Of a DNA stretch of 64,000 bases, positions 26,642-36,793 are shown in pieces (positions within the stretch are counted from its first letter, which is position 1; each line of letters starts with the position of its first letter). The position numbers were made by a program, and so were the translations under genes. Below the pieces are notes generated by a model. The model did not search any database. It saw nothing but the letters and a program-made list of their open reading frames with translations, and was not told the DNA's origin. The DNA is from a virus. The DNA is taken from positions 1 through 64,000 of IMG/VR virus record IMGVR_UViG_3300033153_008530; one strand, given 5' to 3'.

Positions 26642-27331
26642 ATGATTAGTACAAAAAACATTAGTAATGGTGGTTCTATTTCAAAAGTATTAGAACCAGG
26701 GAACAAAGTAATTAAAATAAATTCAATTAAGCTTGAAGAATATCCTTATAGAGATAATGCATATCATTTTGTAATGCATTGTGAAGGTCAGGATCTTGGG
26801 AAAGATTTTGAAGGGTTTTATATTGACCCCGCTAAACCAAAAACAGGAAGATATAAAGGACAAGTAGGGAATGTAAAAGCTGGTGAATGGGCCTTTAGTG
26901 ATTTTATCACACAAAGCGGTATTGAAATCAGTAGAGATGAAGAGATACTTAAGTTTGTTAAAAACCTTTGTGATTTATTTGATTCAGAATGGTTAGATGC
27001 ACAAGATAATAAGCATGAAACTATTGAAGAATTAGTAATCCAGTTTAATGAAGATAAACCTTTTCAAGGTGCCTTCTTTAATGCATGTCTATGTGGTAAA
27101 GAATACACAAATAAAAATGGATATACTAATTATGATATATTTCTACCAAAGTTTACAAGGAATGGTCTTCCATTTGAACCTGAAGATGTAGATTCATCTA
27201 TCTCACGTGTTTATACTTTTGATCCTAATGAACATATTAGAAAGAAAAAAGTATCAAAGGAAGTTGATTCCTTTAAGAAGGAAGAAGAAAAAGAAGAAAC
27301 TACTACAAAGTCTGATGATTTTGAGCTATAA
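26642..27331 (+). CDS. putative ssDNA-binding protein
   Basis: Lies between the Sak4-like ATPase and primase; acidic tail SDDFEL. Confidence 0.6.
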   Translation: MISTKNISNGGSISKVLEPGNKVIKINSIKLEEYPYRDNAYHFVMHCEGQDLGKDFEGFYIDPAKPKTGRYKGQVGNVKAGEWAFSDFITQSGIEISRDEEILKFVKNLCDLFDSEWLDAQDNKHETIEELVIQFNEDKPFQGAFFNACLCGKEYTNKNGYTNYDIFLPKFTRNGLPFEPEDVDSSISRVYTFDPNEHIRKKKVSKEVDSFKKEEEKEETTTKSDDFEL

Positions 27332-27384
27332 TTAACACTAATGAGGAGGTACTAACCTGCCTCCTCATTAATAACCTTCTAACT

Positions 27385-28332
27385 ATGATAAGAACTAAGA
27401 TTGATATTGACAAAATACCATCTAATTGGATATTTGAATATTATTGTAAAACAACTGAAAAATTACATGGACAGGACTTAAAGATACTATCATTATTTAA
27501 TGAGTCAGATACAGTACCTTCTATGTGTATTTATGTTAAAGATAATAAGTATAAATTTAAAGATTTTTCATCTGGTTACGGAGGAGATGGCATACAACTA
27601 GTGTCCTTACTTTTTGATATTAAATCAAAAGACAGAGTTATCCGTAAGATTATTGATGACTATGATCAACAAGAAAATGTAATTCCAAATGACATTAAAC
27701 CAGTTTCTAAATTTAAAATAACATCACATATAAAAAGAAAATGGAATGTTATTGATGCAAAATACTGGTTAAACTATAATATAGATTCAGATATACTTCA
27801 AAAGTATAATGTATTCCCTTTAAAAGGAGTAACTCTAAGTAAAAATATTGATGATAACATTGTTGAATTTAAAAGAACAAATAATCAAATGTATGGTTAC
27901 TTTAAGAAAGATGGTACTCTATATAAAACATATCAACCAAAAGATAAAAAGAGGAAGTTTTTTAATGTAAGTTCCTATATTCAAGGTACTGACCAATTAG
28001 AATATAAGAATAAAACATTAGTTATAGCCTCTTCATTAAAAGATATGATGTCTATTGACTCATTGAAACTTGCAGTAGATTTGGTTGCTCCAGGAAGTGA
28101 AAATACACTTATTCCAAAAACAAATATGTCGTCATATGTATTAAAGTATGATAACATGTATACATTATTTGATAATGATGACGCTGGTTTCAGAGCATCA
28201 GATAAATATGAGAGTGTATATGGAATTAGTAGTATATACTTAAATCTTGCTAAAGACGTATCAGATTCAATATATGAATATGGCGCAAATACTGTTAAAA
28301 ATTGTTTAAAACCTTTAATTCCAATATTATGA
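27385..28332 (+). CDS. DNA primase (TOPRIM)
   Basis: FKDFSSGYGGD, SSLKD, APGSE, FDNDDAG, KDVSD. Confidence 0.85.
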   Translation: MIRTKIDIDKIPSNWIFEYYCKTTEKLHGQDLKILSLFNESDTVPSMCIYVKDNKYKFKDFSSGYGGDGIQLVSLLFDIKSKDRVIRKIIDDYDQQENVIPNDIKPVSKFKITSHIKRKWNVIDAKYWLNYNIDSDILQKYNVFPLKGVTLSKNIDDNIVEFKRTNNQMYGYFKKDGTLYKTYQPKDKKRKFFNVSSYIQGTDQLEYKNKTLVIASSLKDMMSIDSLKLAVDLVAPGSENTLIPKTNMSSYVLKYDNMYTLFDNDDAGFRASDKYESVYGISSIYLNLAKDVSDSIYEYGANTVKNCLKPLIPIL

Positions 28333-28511
28333 GTAATATTACCGTAGAAGAACTTGAAAAAACATATGATGAAATGATTGAAAAATCAGATAGCCCTTTT
28401 GAAAAGAATATTCTTAAAGCTGAATTAAAACATAAATTATATTTACTTTCAGTAGGATTGGAGAATATAACACCTCCAGATCCAGAAGATTGTATTGCAT
28501 GTAGCGGATGA
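28329..28511 (+). CDS. 60-aa protein with a C-terminal CxxC
   Basis: Ends in PEDCIACSG; ATGA overlaps at both ends. Confidence 0.6.
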   Translation: MSNITVEELEKTYDEMIEKSDSPFEKNILKAELKHKLYLLSVGLENITPPDPEDCIACSG

Positions 28512-28951
28512 AAATATTAAGCTTAGACATAGCATCTACAACAGGATGGTGTATTGATGAACATCTATATGGAACGTGGGATTTTAAAACACGTAAAGAT
28601 GAATCAATGGGTATGAAACTCATTAGATTTATGTCAAAATTAAAAGAAGTATATGAATATGAAAAATTTGATATTGTTGTATATGAACGTCCCGCAGGGA
28701 GACATGCTCATGCTATTATACATCAGGCAAAACTAATTGCCATACTTGAAAAATTTTGTGAAGAAAATAATGTAGACTACAAATCCTATTCTGCATCTGA
28801 AATAAAAAAGTTTGCCACCGGAAAAGGGAACGCAAACAAACAACAAATGATTGACGCAGCAAAAGCAAAACATAATTATCTTGGAAATGATGATAATGAA
28901 GCTGATGCAATTCATATGCGTTATCTTATAAAAGACGAATTAGGTCTTTAA
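28508..28951 (+). CDS. ruvC: RuvC-like Holliday junction resolvase
   Basis: ILSLDIASTTGW, VVYE, IKKFATGKGNANK, DDNEADA. Confidence 0.85.
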   Translation: MKILSLDIASTTGWCIDEHLYGTWDFKTRKDESMGMKLIRFMSKLKEVYEYEKFDIVVYERPAGRHAHAIIHQAKLIAILEKFCEENNVDYKSYSASEIKKFATGKGNANKQQMIDAAKAKHNYLGNDDNEADAIHMRYLIKDELGL

Positions 28952-28969
28952 TTTAAAAAATTAATAATT

Positions 28970-30127
28970 ATGGCATACAATCCATTTATAGAATTGGATG
29001 ATGCTGAGATATCAAAACTTGGTTTTGAGTTCAAAGAGCATCCCTATTTATATTATTCTGAAACAACTGGTAAAAATTTAGGAACCATTTATTCAGTTGA
29101 TGATAAAATATATAAAACAATAATAAAAATACTTGAAGGAGATTCTAATAATACAATATCTAAAAAAGATAAAGTATTTTTTACTCCAGGTTGTAAACTA
29201 CCGCAATTTAGAATTAAGGAATATCTTAAATCTATAAAAGCTACAATGACTAGAGATATGTCTAAAGCAACAATAGTTGTAGGGACAGATGATATTGCTG
29301 AAAGTGTTCAGCATGGAACTAATGATTATAAACAAGCTAGACTTGGTAGACTTCTCTTTGAAGATGATACTTTATGGAGAGTGGATGATCTAGATAATTT
29401 TAGTGATGATGATATAGAAACATTACATCAAGATATAAGAAATGAAATTGGAGGTTATATTAGTGATAAACTTACAGATGATCAACTTTTAAATTTACGT
29501 ATGTCTAATGCATATAGAAATGAAACCTCATGGTCAGATATTTTTGTAAAAGATAGTGAATATTATCTTTATATATATCCAATAACTCTAAAAATCATTT
29601 ATGAAGTATTGGCTAATAAATTACCAATAATCCATGAAGATGACTTTTGTTCTATTGCTAATTCAGGAATGAAATTAAATGATCAAGAGACTTTTAACAG
29701 TATACTGTTAATGTTAGATAGTCAAGACTCTAAAGATAAATCAATGGCTGTTGAGATGTTATGCAATTGTGATTTTTCTGATGCAACATATGAGCTATGG
29801 AAAATAGCTACAAAGCATTCACATATTCAATATATTAATAATAGTAAAAATTTGAAATATTTTCTAAATGAGTCTAACTTTTGGAAATTGGGACTCATGA
29901 ATGAGTCAGAATTTATAAGTTATTTAAAAGAGGATAATGAATTAACAAAAGATTTATTTGGAAAATTTCTTCCAGACTTTATGAACAGTGCTTTTGTAGA
30001 ATGGGAAAATAATACTCATATGGAGAAATTTTTTGATATAACATTAACTCTTAAAGATAATTGGAAGGACTATTCCTATAAAAAAGATCATATTACTAAA
30101 AAAACTAAAGAACATGAAATGGAATGA
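28970..30127 (+). CDS. hypothetical protein (BRCT-like N-terminal part), paralog of the next gene
   Basis: DKVFFTPGCKLPQFRIK...TRDMSKAT aligns with DKLFFSPSCIAPRHKVR...TIKLEKAT. Confidence 0.65.
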   Translation: MAYNPFIELDDAEISKLGFEFKEHPYLYYSETTGKNLGTIYSVDDKIYKTIIKILEGDSNNTISKKDKVFFTPGCKLPQFRIKEYLKSIKATMTRDMSKATIVVGTDDIAESVQHGTNDYKQARLGRLLFEDDTLWRVDDLDNFSDDDIETLHQDIRNEIGGYISDKLTDDQLLNLRMSNAYRNETSWSDIFVKDSEYYLYIYPITLKIIYEVLANKLPIIHEDDFCSIANSGMKLNDQETFNSILLMLDSQDSKDKSMAVEMLCNCDFSDATYELWKIATKHSHIQYINNSKNLKYFLNESNFWKLGLMNESEFISYLKEDNELTKDLFGKFLPDFMNSAFVEWENNTHMEKFFDITLTLKDNWKDYSYKKDHITKKTKEHEME

Positions 30128-31253
30128 ATTTGATAATGTAGTTGTCATTGAAAGTCTTCATCATCCTGCCTCTAAAGAGGAAAAAATACATTATTCTAAA
30201 AGACTAATGTATAAGGATGGGAATACAGATCCAATGTTAACATTAAATAAATATATACCTCAGAAAAATGATAAATTATTTTTTAGTCCAAGTTGCATCG
30301 CACCCAGACATAAAGTAAGAGAATGGGGTAAAAAGAATGATATAAAAATAACAATTAAATTAGAAAAGGCTACTGCTAATTTTGTTAGTAATAAATGGTT
30401 TTTTAATATATTTGATTGGTATATTTCATGTTATGCTACTGTTATAAATGCAGATAACATGATTAAGTTTATTGAACTTAATTATCCTGATGAAAAAGGT
30501 ATTATAAAAGAAATTATCAATTCAGGAAAAGAAAATATATTACTGAGAAATTCATATGGTTCTACACAAACCATGATAGGTGACAAAGATACCTATGGAT
30601 CCAACAATCTAACCCAAATAAAAAAAGATGAAAAAGGTATTGTAAAGACCTTTTGTGAGATGTTTGGAACTGGCATAATGAATAATAAATTAAAAAGTAG
30701 CCGTTCTGTAGTTGCAGAAAATAAAGTTAGTGAACTTCGTAGATGTTTAAAAGAAACAGAGAATATTCCTTTATATACAGATACATCATTATTAGATTAT
30801 TTAACTGAAGATTGTGTTACTATTAATGATGAGATGTATATACAACTCAGAAATATGTTTGGTAGTCGTGATCATGCAAATTATGTTATTGGAATGGAAA
30901 TCCTAGCTAACTGTAATTATAGAACGTCTATACTTAAGATATTACTTACTCTTAAGGATTATGGACATGTTATGTATGGTACAAAAGAACGTACTCATGT
31001 AAACTTTAAAAGTTTTATAAAGTTTCTTGATGTACGTGATTGGACCCGTTTAACATTTGATGATATAATAAAGTGTATGATGGATAAAAAATATCTTACA
31101 GGAAAATTTTTAAAAGAGATGATGCCTCTTGTAAAGAAGGAAATGGAAAATAATTCAAATGGTAGATATGATAATTTTACTATTAAAACTATAACTGTTT
31201 CAGATGATATTAAAAGTTATTTTGGAGCACAAATTGAAGAAAAAAATAATTAA
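30114..31253 (+). CDS. hypothetical protein (BRCT-like N-terminal part), paralog of the previous gene
   Basis: Shares N- and C-terminal motifs with 28970..30127. Confidence 0.65.
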   Translation: MKWNEFDNVVVIESLHHPASKEEKIHYSKRLMYKDGNTDPMLTLNKYIPQKNDKLFFSPSCIAPRHKVREWGKKNDIKITIKLEKATANFVSNKWFFNIFDWYISCYATVINADNMIKFIELNYPDEKGIIKEIINSGKENILLRNSYGSTQTMIGDKDTYGSNNLTQIKKDEKGIVKTFCEMFGTGIMNNKLKSSRSVVAENKVSELRRCLKETENIPLYTDTSLLDYLTEDCVTINDEMYIQLRNMFGSRDHANYVIGMEILANCNYRTSILKILLTLKDYGHVMYGTKERTHVNFKSFIKFLDVRDWTRLTFDDIIKCMMDKKYLTGKFLKEMMPLVKKEMENNSNGRYDNFTIKTITVSDDIKSYFGAQIEEKNN

Positions 31254-31255
31254 TT

Positions 31256-32248
31256 ATGATAGAAGATAAAATTAAAGAATTTTATAATAAAGATTTCTAT
31301 TTTAGTTACTCAAGCTTGAATAAGCTTTTGTATTCTCCAACATTATTTTTTGATTGGTACGTATTGAATCAAAGAGAAGACAGAACAGATAAGCATCTTA
31401 TTGAAGGTAAGGTGCTTCATTGTCTTCTTCTTGAGAAAGATAAGTTTGATGATAATTTTATCATTGCACCTAATACAGTACCAACCGGGAATAATAAGGC
31501 TATTATAGAAAGTATATATGGACATTGGTTAAACGATAATAAATCATCCAAACTCAGTGATTTCAAAGATGAAATCATTGACTGGTTAAAATATAATGAT
31601 CTTCATCAGAAATTAAGTTCAGATGAAAAAAGAATAGAAAAGATAACTATTGATAAGAATGTTGTTTATTTTGAACATTTAATAAAAGCATCCGGGAATA
31701 AAGACATCGTAGATGAGGAGATGCTTGAAAAATGTGAAGGATATATAAAAGCTATAAGAGGTTATCAAAAAGCTGTAGAGCTTCTAAGATTAGGAGATAG
31801 CAGTTTTGAATTAGTTGAAGTTTTTAATGAAACCTTGCTAAAACGAAAATTAACCAAGTTTCCGTTTGGAATTCATGGAATAATTGATAACTTTGTAATA
31901 GATCACACTCAGCGTACACTCTACATTAACGACCTAAAGACCACTCAAAAATCACTCTCTGATTTTCCAGATTCAGTTGAATACTATAAATATTGGCTAC
32001 AAGCTGCCATTTATAAAACTCTCTGTACTGGTTACCTAAAAAACATCCAAAAAGAAGATTATAAAATTATCTTTAACTTTATTGTTGCAGATAAGTATAA
32101 TCAAGTGTATTGTTTTGAAGTTAGTAAATCAACTATGAGAGATTGGGAAATTAAAACAGCAGAAGTACTAAAAAAAGCGAAGTATCATTACAAAGAAAAA
32201 GAATATAAGTTACCATATGAGTTTGCCCAAGGAAGCGTAGTATTATAG
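31256..32248 (+). CDS. PD-(D/E)XK exonuclease (RecE/DUF3799-like)
   Basis: FSYSSL, GKVLH, HGIID, INDLKT, YWLQAAIY. Confidence 0.85.
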   Translation: MIEDKIKEFYNKDFYFSYSSLNKLLYSPTLFFDWYVLNQREDRTDKHLIEGKVLHCLLLEKDKFDDNFIIAPNTVPTGNNKAIIESIYGHWLNDNKSSKLSDFKDEIIDWLKYNDLHQKLSSDEKRIEKITIDKNVVYFEHLIKASGNKDIVDEEMLEKCEGYIKAIRGYQKAVELLRLGDSSFELVEVFNETLLKRKLTKFPFGIHGIIDNFVIDHTQRTLYINDLKTTQKSLSDFPDSVEYYKYWLQAAIYKTLCTGYLKNIQKEDYKIIFNFIVADKYNQVYCFEVSKSTMRDWEIKTAEVLKKAKYHYKEKEYKLPYEFAQGSVVL

Positions 32249-32257
32249 TTAAAATAT

Positions 32258-32848
32258 ATGAAGCCATATAAAATAAAAAATGTATATGAAAAATATTTTC
32301 AAAAATCCAGGGTGTTTTTATATCCTGCGTTGTCAATAAAAAGAGGAACAAGTGTTACTCCAATTGAGACATATGTATCATGGAAAAAAGTAATGGATAG
32401 ACATGTTGGTAGAACAGAGATGAAACTAATATGTCTATACCATTTAAGAGATGATGATGAATTTTTAAGATTTGAAGAGCAAAAACTACTTAGTAACCCT
32501 TTATTCTGTGATTATTTTGAAACAGATAAAAAAGATCAAGCAGTTTATACTTTTAATTTTGAAGATTATGAAAGAGACTGGTTTTACTTTCTGCATGGGA
32601 GATATTCAAAATTGTCAAATAGTCTTAAAAAATCTATAATGAATTTTTATGGAGAAAATAAGGCAAATTATAAGTTAATTGATAGTTATCTTAACCCACA
32701 TAAATATTATGATCAATATAGTAATCTCCTGAATGTTAGTGTAGAAACACTTGAGAAAGTAATTGAATTATGTAATAAGCCAAATTTTGAAAAAGAAGAG
32801 TTAGACTTAAAAATTGAAAAAACAATTTGTAACATTCAAGATTTATAA
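32258..32848 (+). CDS. hypothetical conserved phage protein
   Basis: KSRVFLYP...FLHGRYSKL pattern. Confidence 0.7.
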   Translation: MKPYKIKNVYEKYFQKSRVFLYPALSIKRGTSVTPIETYVSWKKVMDRHVGRTEMKLICLYHLRDDDEFLRFEEQKLLSNPLFCDYFETDKKDQAVYTFNFEDYERDWFYFLHGRYSKLSNSLKKSIMNFYGENKANYKLIDSYLNPHKYYDQYSNLLNVSVETLEKVIELCNKPNFEKEELDLKIEKTICNIQDL

Positions 32849-32879
32849 CTAATATTGCACAAACCAATAATTATATATC

Positions 32880-33329
32880 ATGCCAGAAAAAAAATCATAT
32901 GTTGACCCATCAATGATGCTTGTAACAAGCAATTGGGGACCAAGTAAAACTTTCAAATTAATGCCTATAAATATTAGTTCTCCATTCATTGAAGGAATAT
33001 TCAATCCAGCTGCAAAAGTATTAGCAGTCATTGGGAAGGAGAAGAAAAACGTTTTTCATATGGTTGAAAGACTAGATGAAAATGGTGATCACAGAATAAG
33101 AAAAGGAAAACCAAACAAAGAAGAACCTTATCAAAAACAAAGAGTTGAAATTGAAAGTTATAGTGAATATTATATTACTGAAGAAAAAGAAATTATTGAC
33201 TTCATTAAAAAATTTACTATTAATCACAAAGAATATGATTATAAAGTACATATGGATGCCCCAAATATGGATCCAACTAATGGTATCACACAAATGGTTC
33301 CAGAAATTACTTTAGATACTAAAGTATAA
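32880..33329 (+). CDS. hypothetical protein
   Basis: 149 aa; TTTG-N20-TAATATTG host-like promoter candidate at 32826-32857; terminator downstream. Confidence 0.7.
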   Translation: MPEKKSYVDPSMMLVTSNWGPSKTFKLMPINISSPFIEGIFNPAAKVLAVIGKEKKNVFHMVERLDENGDHRIRKGKPNKEEPYQKQRVEIESYSEYYITEEKEIIDFIKKFTINHKEYDYKVHMDAPNMDPTNGITQMVPEITLDTKV

Positions 33330-33350
33330 TTATATACTTTTCAACATATT

Positions 33351-33376
33351 AGCACGGATAGTCCGTGCTTTTTTTT
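33351..33376 (+). terminator. intrinsic terminator
   Basis: AGCACGGA-tag-TCCGTGCT followed by a T run. Confidence 0.8.
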
Positions 33377-33394
33377 GCTTAAAATTTAAAATAT

Positions 33395-35305
33395 ATGGAT
33401 AACCATTGGGTAATGGATTATGAAACCATGATCAATTGTTTTGTGGGTGTATTTGAGCACTATAAAACAGATGAACAAAAGATTTTTATAATTCATGAAT
33501 TACAAAATGATTTCATTGACTTAGTTAAATTTTTAGAACAAAATAAAGAAAACGGAGAAAAACATATTTCATATAATGGTTTAGCATTTGATGCTCAAAT
33601 CACTGAATACATACTTAAAAATAGCACAAAATGGGCTAAATTAAGTGGAGATGAAGTAGTTACTGAAATATATAAAATGGCACAATATGTTATTGAAAGA
33701 TCTAATGCCAGAGAATGGTTAGATTTCTATGAATATAACATGTCAATTCCTCAATTAGATGTTTATAAACTTAATCATTGGGATAATGCCGCTAAAAGAT
33801 CAAGTCTTAAATGGATACAATTTTCAATGGATTGGTATAACTTACAGGATATGCCAATTAAACATGATGAATTTATTCACTCAAGAGAAGATCTTGATAT
33901 AATAATTAATTATTGTATTAATGATGTAAAGTCAACAAAAGAAATTTTATATAAATCAAAAGATCTCATTTCTTTACGTAAAGATCTAACAAATAAATAC
34001 AAGATAAACCTATACAATGCTTCAGAACCTAAAATATCTAAAGAACTATTTCTACACTTTTTAAGTAAAAAGTCAGGAGTTCCTAAAAATGATATTAAAT
34101 ATTCTAGCACAAATAGAAAAGAAATAATAGTTAAGGATATTTTACTTGATTATATTAGTTTTAATAATCTTGTATTCAAAGAGTTACATGAAAAGTTTAA
34201 AGAAAAAGTTATATATGCAGATCAAACCAAAGGAGGTTTTAAAACAACTGTAAAGTTCCATGGTGTAAAAACACATTTTGGATTAGGTGGAGTGCATGGC
34301 GCTAGACCAAGTGGGGTATACGAGAACAATGAAGATATGATGATCATGACTTCAGATGTTACAAGCTTCTATCCCAATTTAGCTATTAAGAATAAATGGT
34401 CTCCAGCTCATTTACCAAAAGAAGACTTTTGTGAGCAATATGAGTGGTTTTTTAATGAAAGGAAATTAATTCCTAAAACAGATATTAGAAACTACACATA
34501 TAAGATCATACTAAATTCTACTTATGGTCTCTCTAATGATAAGTTTAGTTTCCTATATGACCCGCAGTTTACTATGCAGGTTACAATCAATGGTCAATTG
34601 TCATTGATGATGTTATATGAAATGATCATGGACGGTATTCCTGGTGCTATTCCAATCATGCAAAATACTGATGGTTTAGAAACTATGATACCAAGAACTT
34701 ATGAAGATAAATATCTTGAGATCTCTAAAAAATGGGAAGAGATAACTAAGCTTAATCTAGAGCATGATAAGTATCAAAAGCTAATTCTTGCAGATGTTAA
34801 TAGTTATATAGCTGTTAACACATTTAAAGAAGTTACTAAAGATGAATTTAGTGATCTGAAAAAGAATCCACATAATATCATAAAAGAAGAGGATGGTAAA
34901 TATTATCATGCAAAAACTAAATGTAAAGGTAGATTTGAATTTCAAGATTTGCCATTACATAAAAATAAGAGTAACTTAATCTTTGACTACTGTATAGGAG
35001 TTAAAATCAAAGGAAACTGGACATTTAAGATGAGATGGATTGATGAAGAATTAAAAGAAGAAGCTCTTCAGAAAACAATTAGATACTATGTGAGTAATCA
35101 TGGTAGTAAAATTTATAAATGTAATAATGCAGATGGACGTGAAATCCAAGCTGAAAGTGGTAAATGGTTACTTAAACTATTTAATGTATATAAAAAGAAA
35201 GCCTGGAAAGATTATAATGTTAATGAACAATATTATCTGAAATCTATTTATAGAGAAATAGAAAATATAGCAGGTCCAAAACTAAAACAACTAAAATTAT
35301 TTTAA
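33395..35305 (+). CDS. polB: family B DNA polymerase (crAss-type)
   Basis: Exonuclease motifs DYE, YNGLAFD, YCINDV; polymerase motifs DVTSFYP, KIILNSTYG, NTDG. Confidence 0.92.
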   Translation: MDNHWVMDYETMINCFVGVFEHYKTDEQKIFIIHELQNDFIDLVKFLEQNKENGEKHISYNGLAFDAQITEYILKNSTKWAKLSGDEVVTEIYKMAQYVIERSNAREWLDFYEYNMSIPQLDVYKLNHWDNAAKRSSLKWIQFSMDWYNLQDMPIKHDEFIHSREDLDIIINYCINDVKSTKEILYKSKDLISLRKDLTNKYKINLYNASEPKISKELFLHFLSKKSGVPKNDIKYSSTNRKEIIVKDILLDYISFNNLVFKELHEKFKEKVIYADQTKGGFKTTVKFHGVKTHFGLGGVHGARPSGVYENNEDMMIMTSDVTSFYPNLAIKNKWSPAHLPKEDFCEQYEWFFNERKLIPKTDIRNYTYKIILNSTYGLSNDKFSFLYDPQFTMQVTINGQLSLMMLYEMIMDGIPGAIPIMQNTDGLETMIPRTYEDKYLEISKKWEEITKLNLEHDKYQKLILADVNSYIAVNTFKEVTKDEFSDLKKNPHNIIKEEDGKYYHAKTKCKGRFEFQDLPLHKNKSNLIFDYCIGVKIKGNWTFKMRWIDEELKEEALQKTIRYYVSNHGSKIYKCNNADGREIQAESGKWLLKLFNVYKKKAWKDYNVNEQYYLKSIYREIENIAGPKLKQLKLF

Positions 35306-35306
35306 A

Positions 35307-36656
35307 ATGCCAAAAAGTATAGAAAATATATCAGAAATGGAGCTTAAACAAGTTCCACTTCCAACAAGTCATAGTAAACAATACGCTGTGGTATCTCATG
35401 GATACATAATTGATATTGTTAAACAAGAATTAGAAAATAATAATCTTGAAATAGATGCTGAGTATTATAGATCTACTCACGATGGTCAAGTAGCACAAGG
35501 AATATATCATATAAAATATGATAATGACCCTGAATTAGGTCTCATGTTTGCATGGTGTAACTCATATAATAAAACTATGAGATTTAAGTGTGCAGTAGGC
35601 GCACATGTGTTTGTATGCGGTAACGGAGTCATGGTTGGTGATATGGGTAATTATACCAAGAAACACTATGGTGACTCAGCTAAAGTAAAAGGTTTAGTTA
35701 AAAATCATATAGAAACACAAATAGCATCTGCAGATAATTTCTATAATATGTTACAAAAGGATAAAGAGGCAATGAAATTAGTTTGCTTATCTGAAGAGGA
35801 CATAGCAGGGATGATGGGATGTGTATTCTTTAAAGATATAATGACTATTAATCAGTTAAGTATTGCTAAGAAGCAATATGAAAAACCGGATTATGATTAC
35901 AACGCAGAACGTAACTCTTTATGGTCTGTATATAATCATATTACTTTTGCTCTTAAGACAAGTCATCCCAAGAATTGGATGGATCAACAAGCAGACTTGC
36001 ACAAGTATGTAGTTAAAACATATTTACAAAATAGTTTAACTCCTCCTGTTGTCACGGAGCTAGATCCTAACCAAATCAACATTGTTGATCAGATTGATGA
36101 AATAGAAAAAGAAGATTCTAATGATCAATTAATTGATAGGGAGATAACTCCTAGTCCACTTGAATGTTCTAAACCTGAAGGGACAGAGTTTGATACTCCA
36201 CATGATATCCCGGAAGACATAATGGAACAGTATGATGATCAAACTAGATTAGAAGAAGGTTTAGATCATAAAGGTGAATTTCCTGAACATGATCCTGTTA
36301 GTTTAAGAGTGAGAGATGATAAAATAGAACAGTTTGATGATGAAACAGGTGAAGTAGTAAAAAATGAAGCTTTAGATAATGCTGCTAATGAAGAAGCTGA
36401 TATGATTGAAAAAGAAGAGATCATTGAAGAAAGAGAAGAAGAAGATCTTGAGGAGTCAGACCTTACGTTTGAGGATTATCTAGGTAGCGAAGATGCTGAC
36501 CTGGATCCACTTCATGATACTGAAGCTGAACTTAATAAAGAATCAGAAGAAGTAATTGAAGAGGAAGAACCAGACTTAAGTACTGACAGTGATGTTGGAT
36601 TAGTTGATGAAGATTCAGATGAAGGTAAATTGGAGTTGCCAGATTTTGAGTTTTAA
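35307..36656 (+). CDS. DUF932-like protein with a ~200-aa acidic tail
   Basis: VVSH, NSYNK..RF...VG..VFVCGNG, KKH, SLWSVYNHIT.ALK; D/E-rich C-terminus. Confidence 0.7.
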   Translation: MPKSIENISEMELKQVPLPTSHSKQYAVVSHGYIIDIVKQELENNNLEIDAEYYRSTHDGQVAQGIYHIKYDNDPELGLMFAWCNSYNKTMRFKCAVGAHVFVCGNGVMVGDMGNYTKKHYGDSAKVKGLVKNHIETQIASADNFYNMLQKDKEAMKLVCLSEEDIAGMMGCVFFKDIMTINQLSIAKKQYEKPDYDYNAERNSLWSVYNHITFALKTSHPKNWMDQQADLHKYVVKTYLQNSLTPPVVTELDPNQINIVDQIDEIEKEDSNDQLIDREITPSPLECSKPEGTEFDTPHDIPEDIMEQYDDQTRLEEGLDHKGEFPEHDPVSLRVRDDKIEQFDDETGEVVKNEALDNAANEEADMIEKEEIIEEREEEDLEESDLTFEDYLGSEDADLDPLHDTEAELNKESEEVIEEEEPDLSTDSDVGLVDEDSDEGKLELPDFEF

Positions 36657-36659
36657 TAG

Positions 36660-36691
36660 AAAAAGGGAGGTGAAAACCTCCCTTTTTTTTT
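36660..36691. terminator. bidirectional terminator between converging blocks
   Basis: AAAAAGGGAGGT-gaaa-ACCTCCCTTTTTTTTT. Confidence 0.8.
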
Positions 36692-36793
36692 ACTAACCTT
36701 TAATCTAACTATATAGATTGTAATAAACTTGACGATTGTCAAATATAAACAAAAATTATTTATTAAACAATTTTAATTAACCATTATCTGATA

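Noticed and set aside
4547-34110. Short minus-strand ORFs overlapping plus-strand genes (e.g. 5472, 7228, 9616, 19259, 25771)
   Set aside because: They overlap better-supported genes or the RNA candidate; only those filling real gaps were kept
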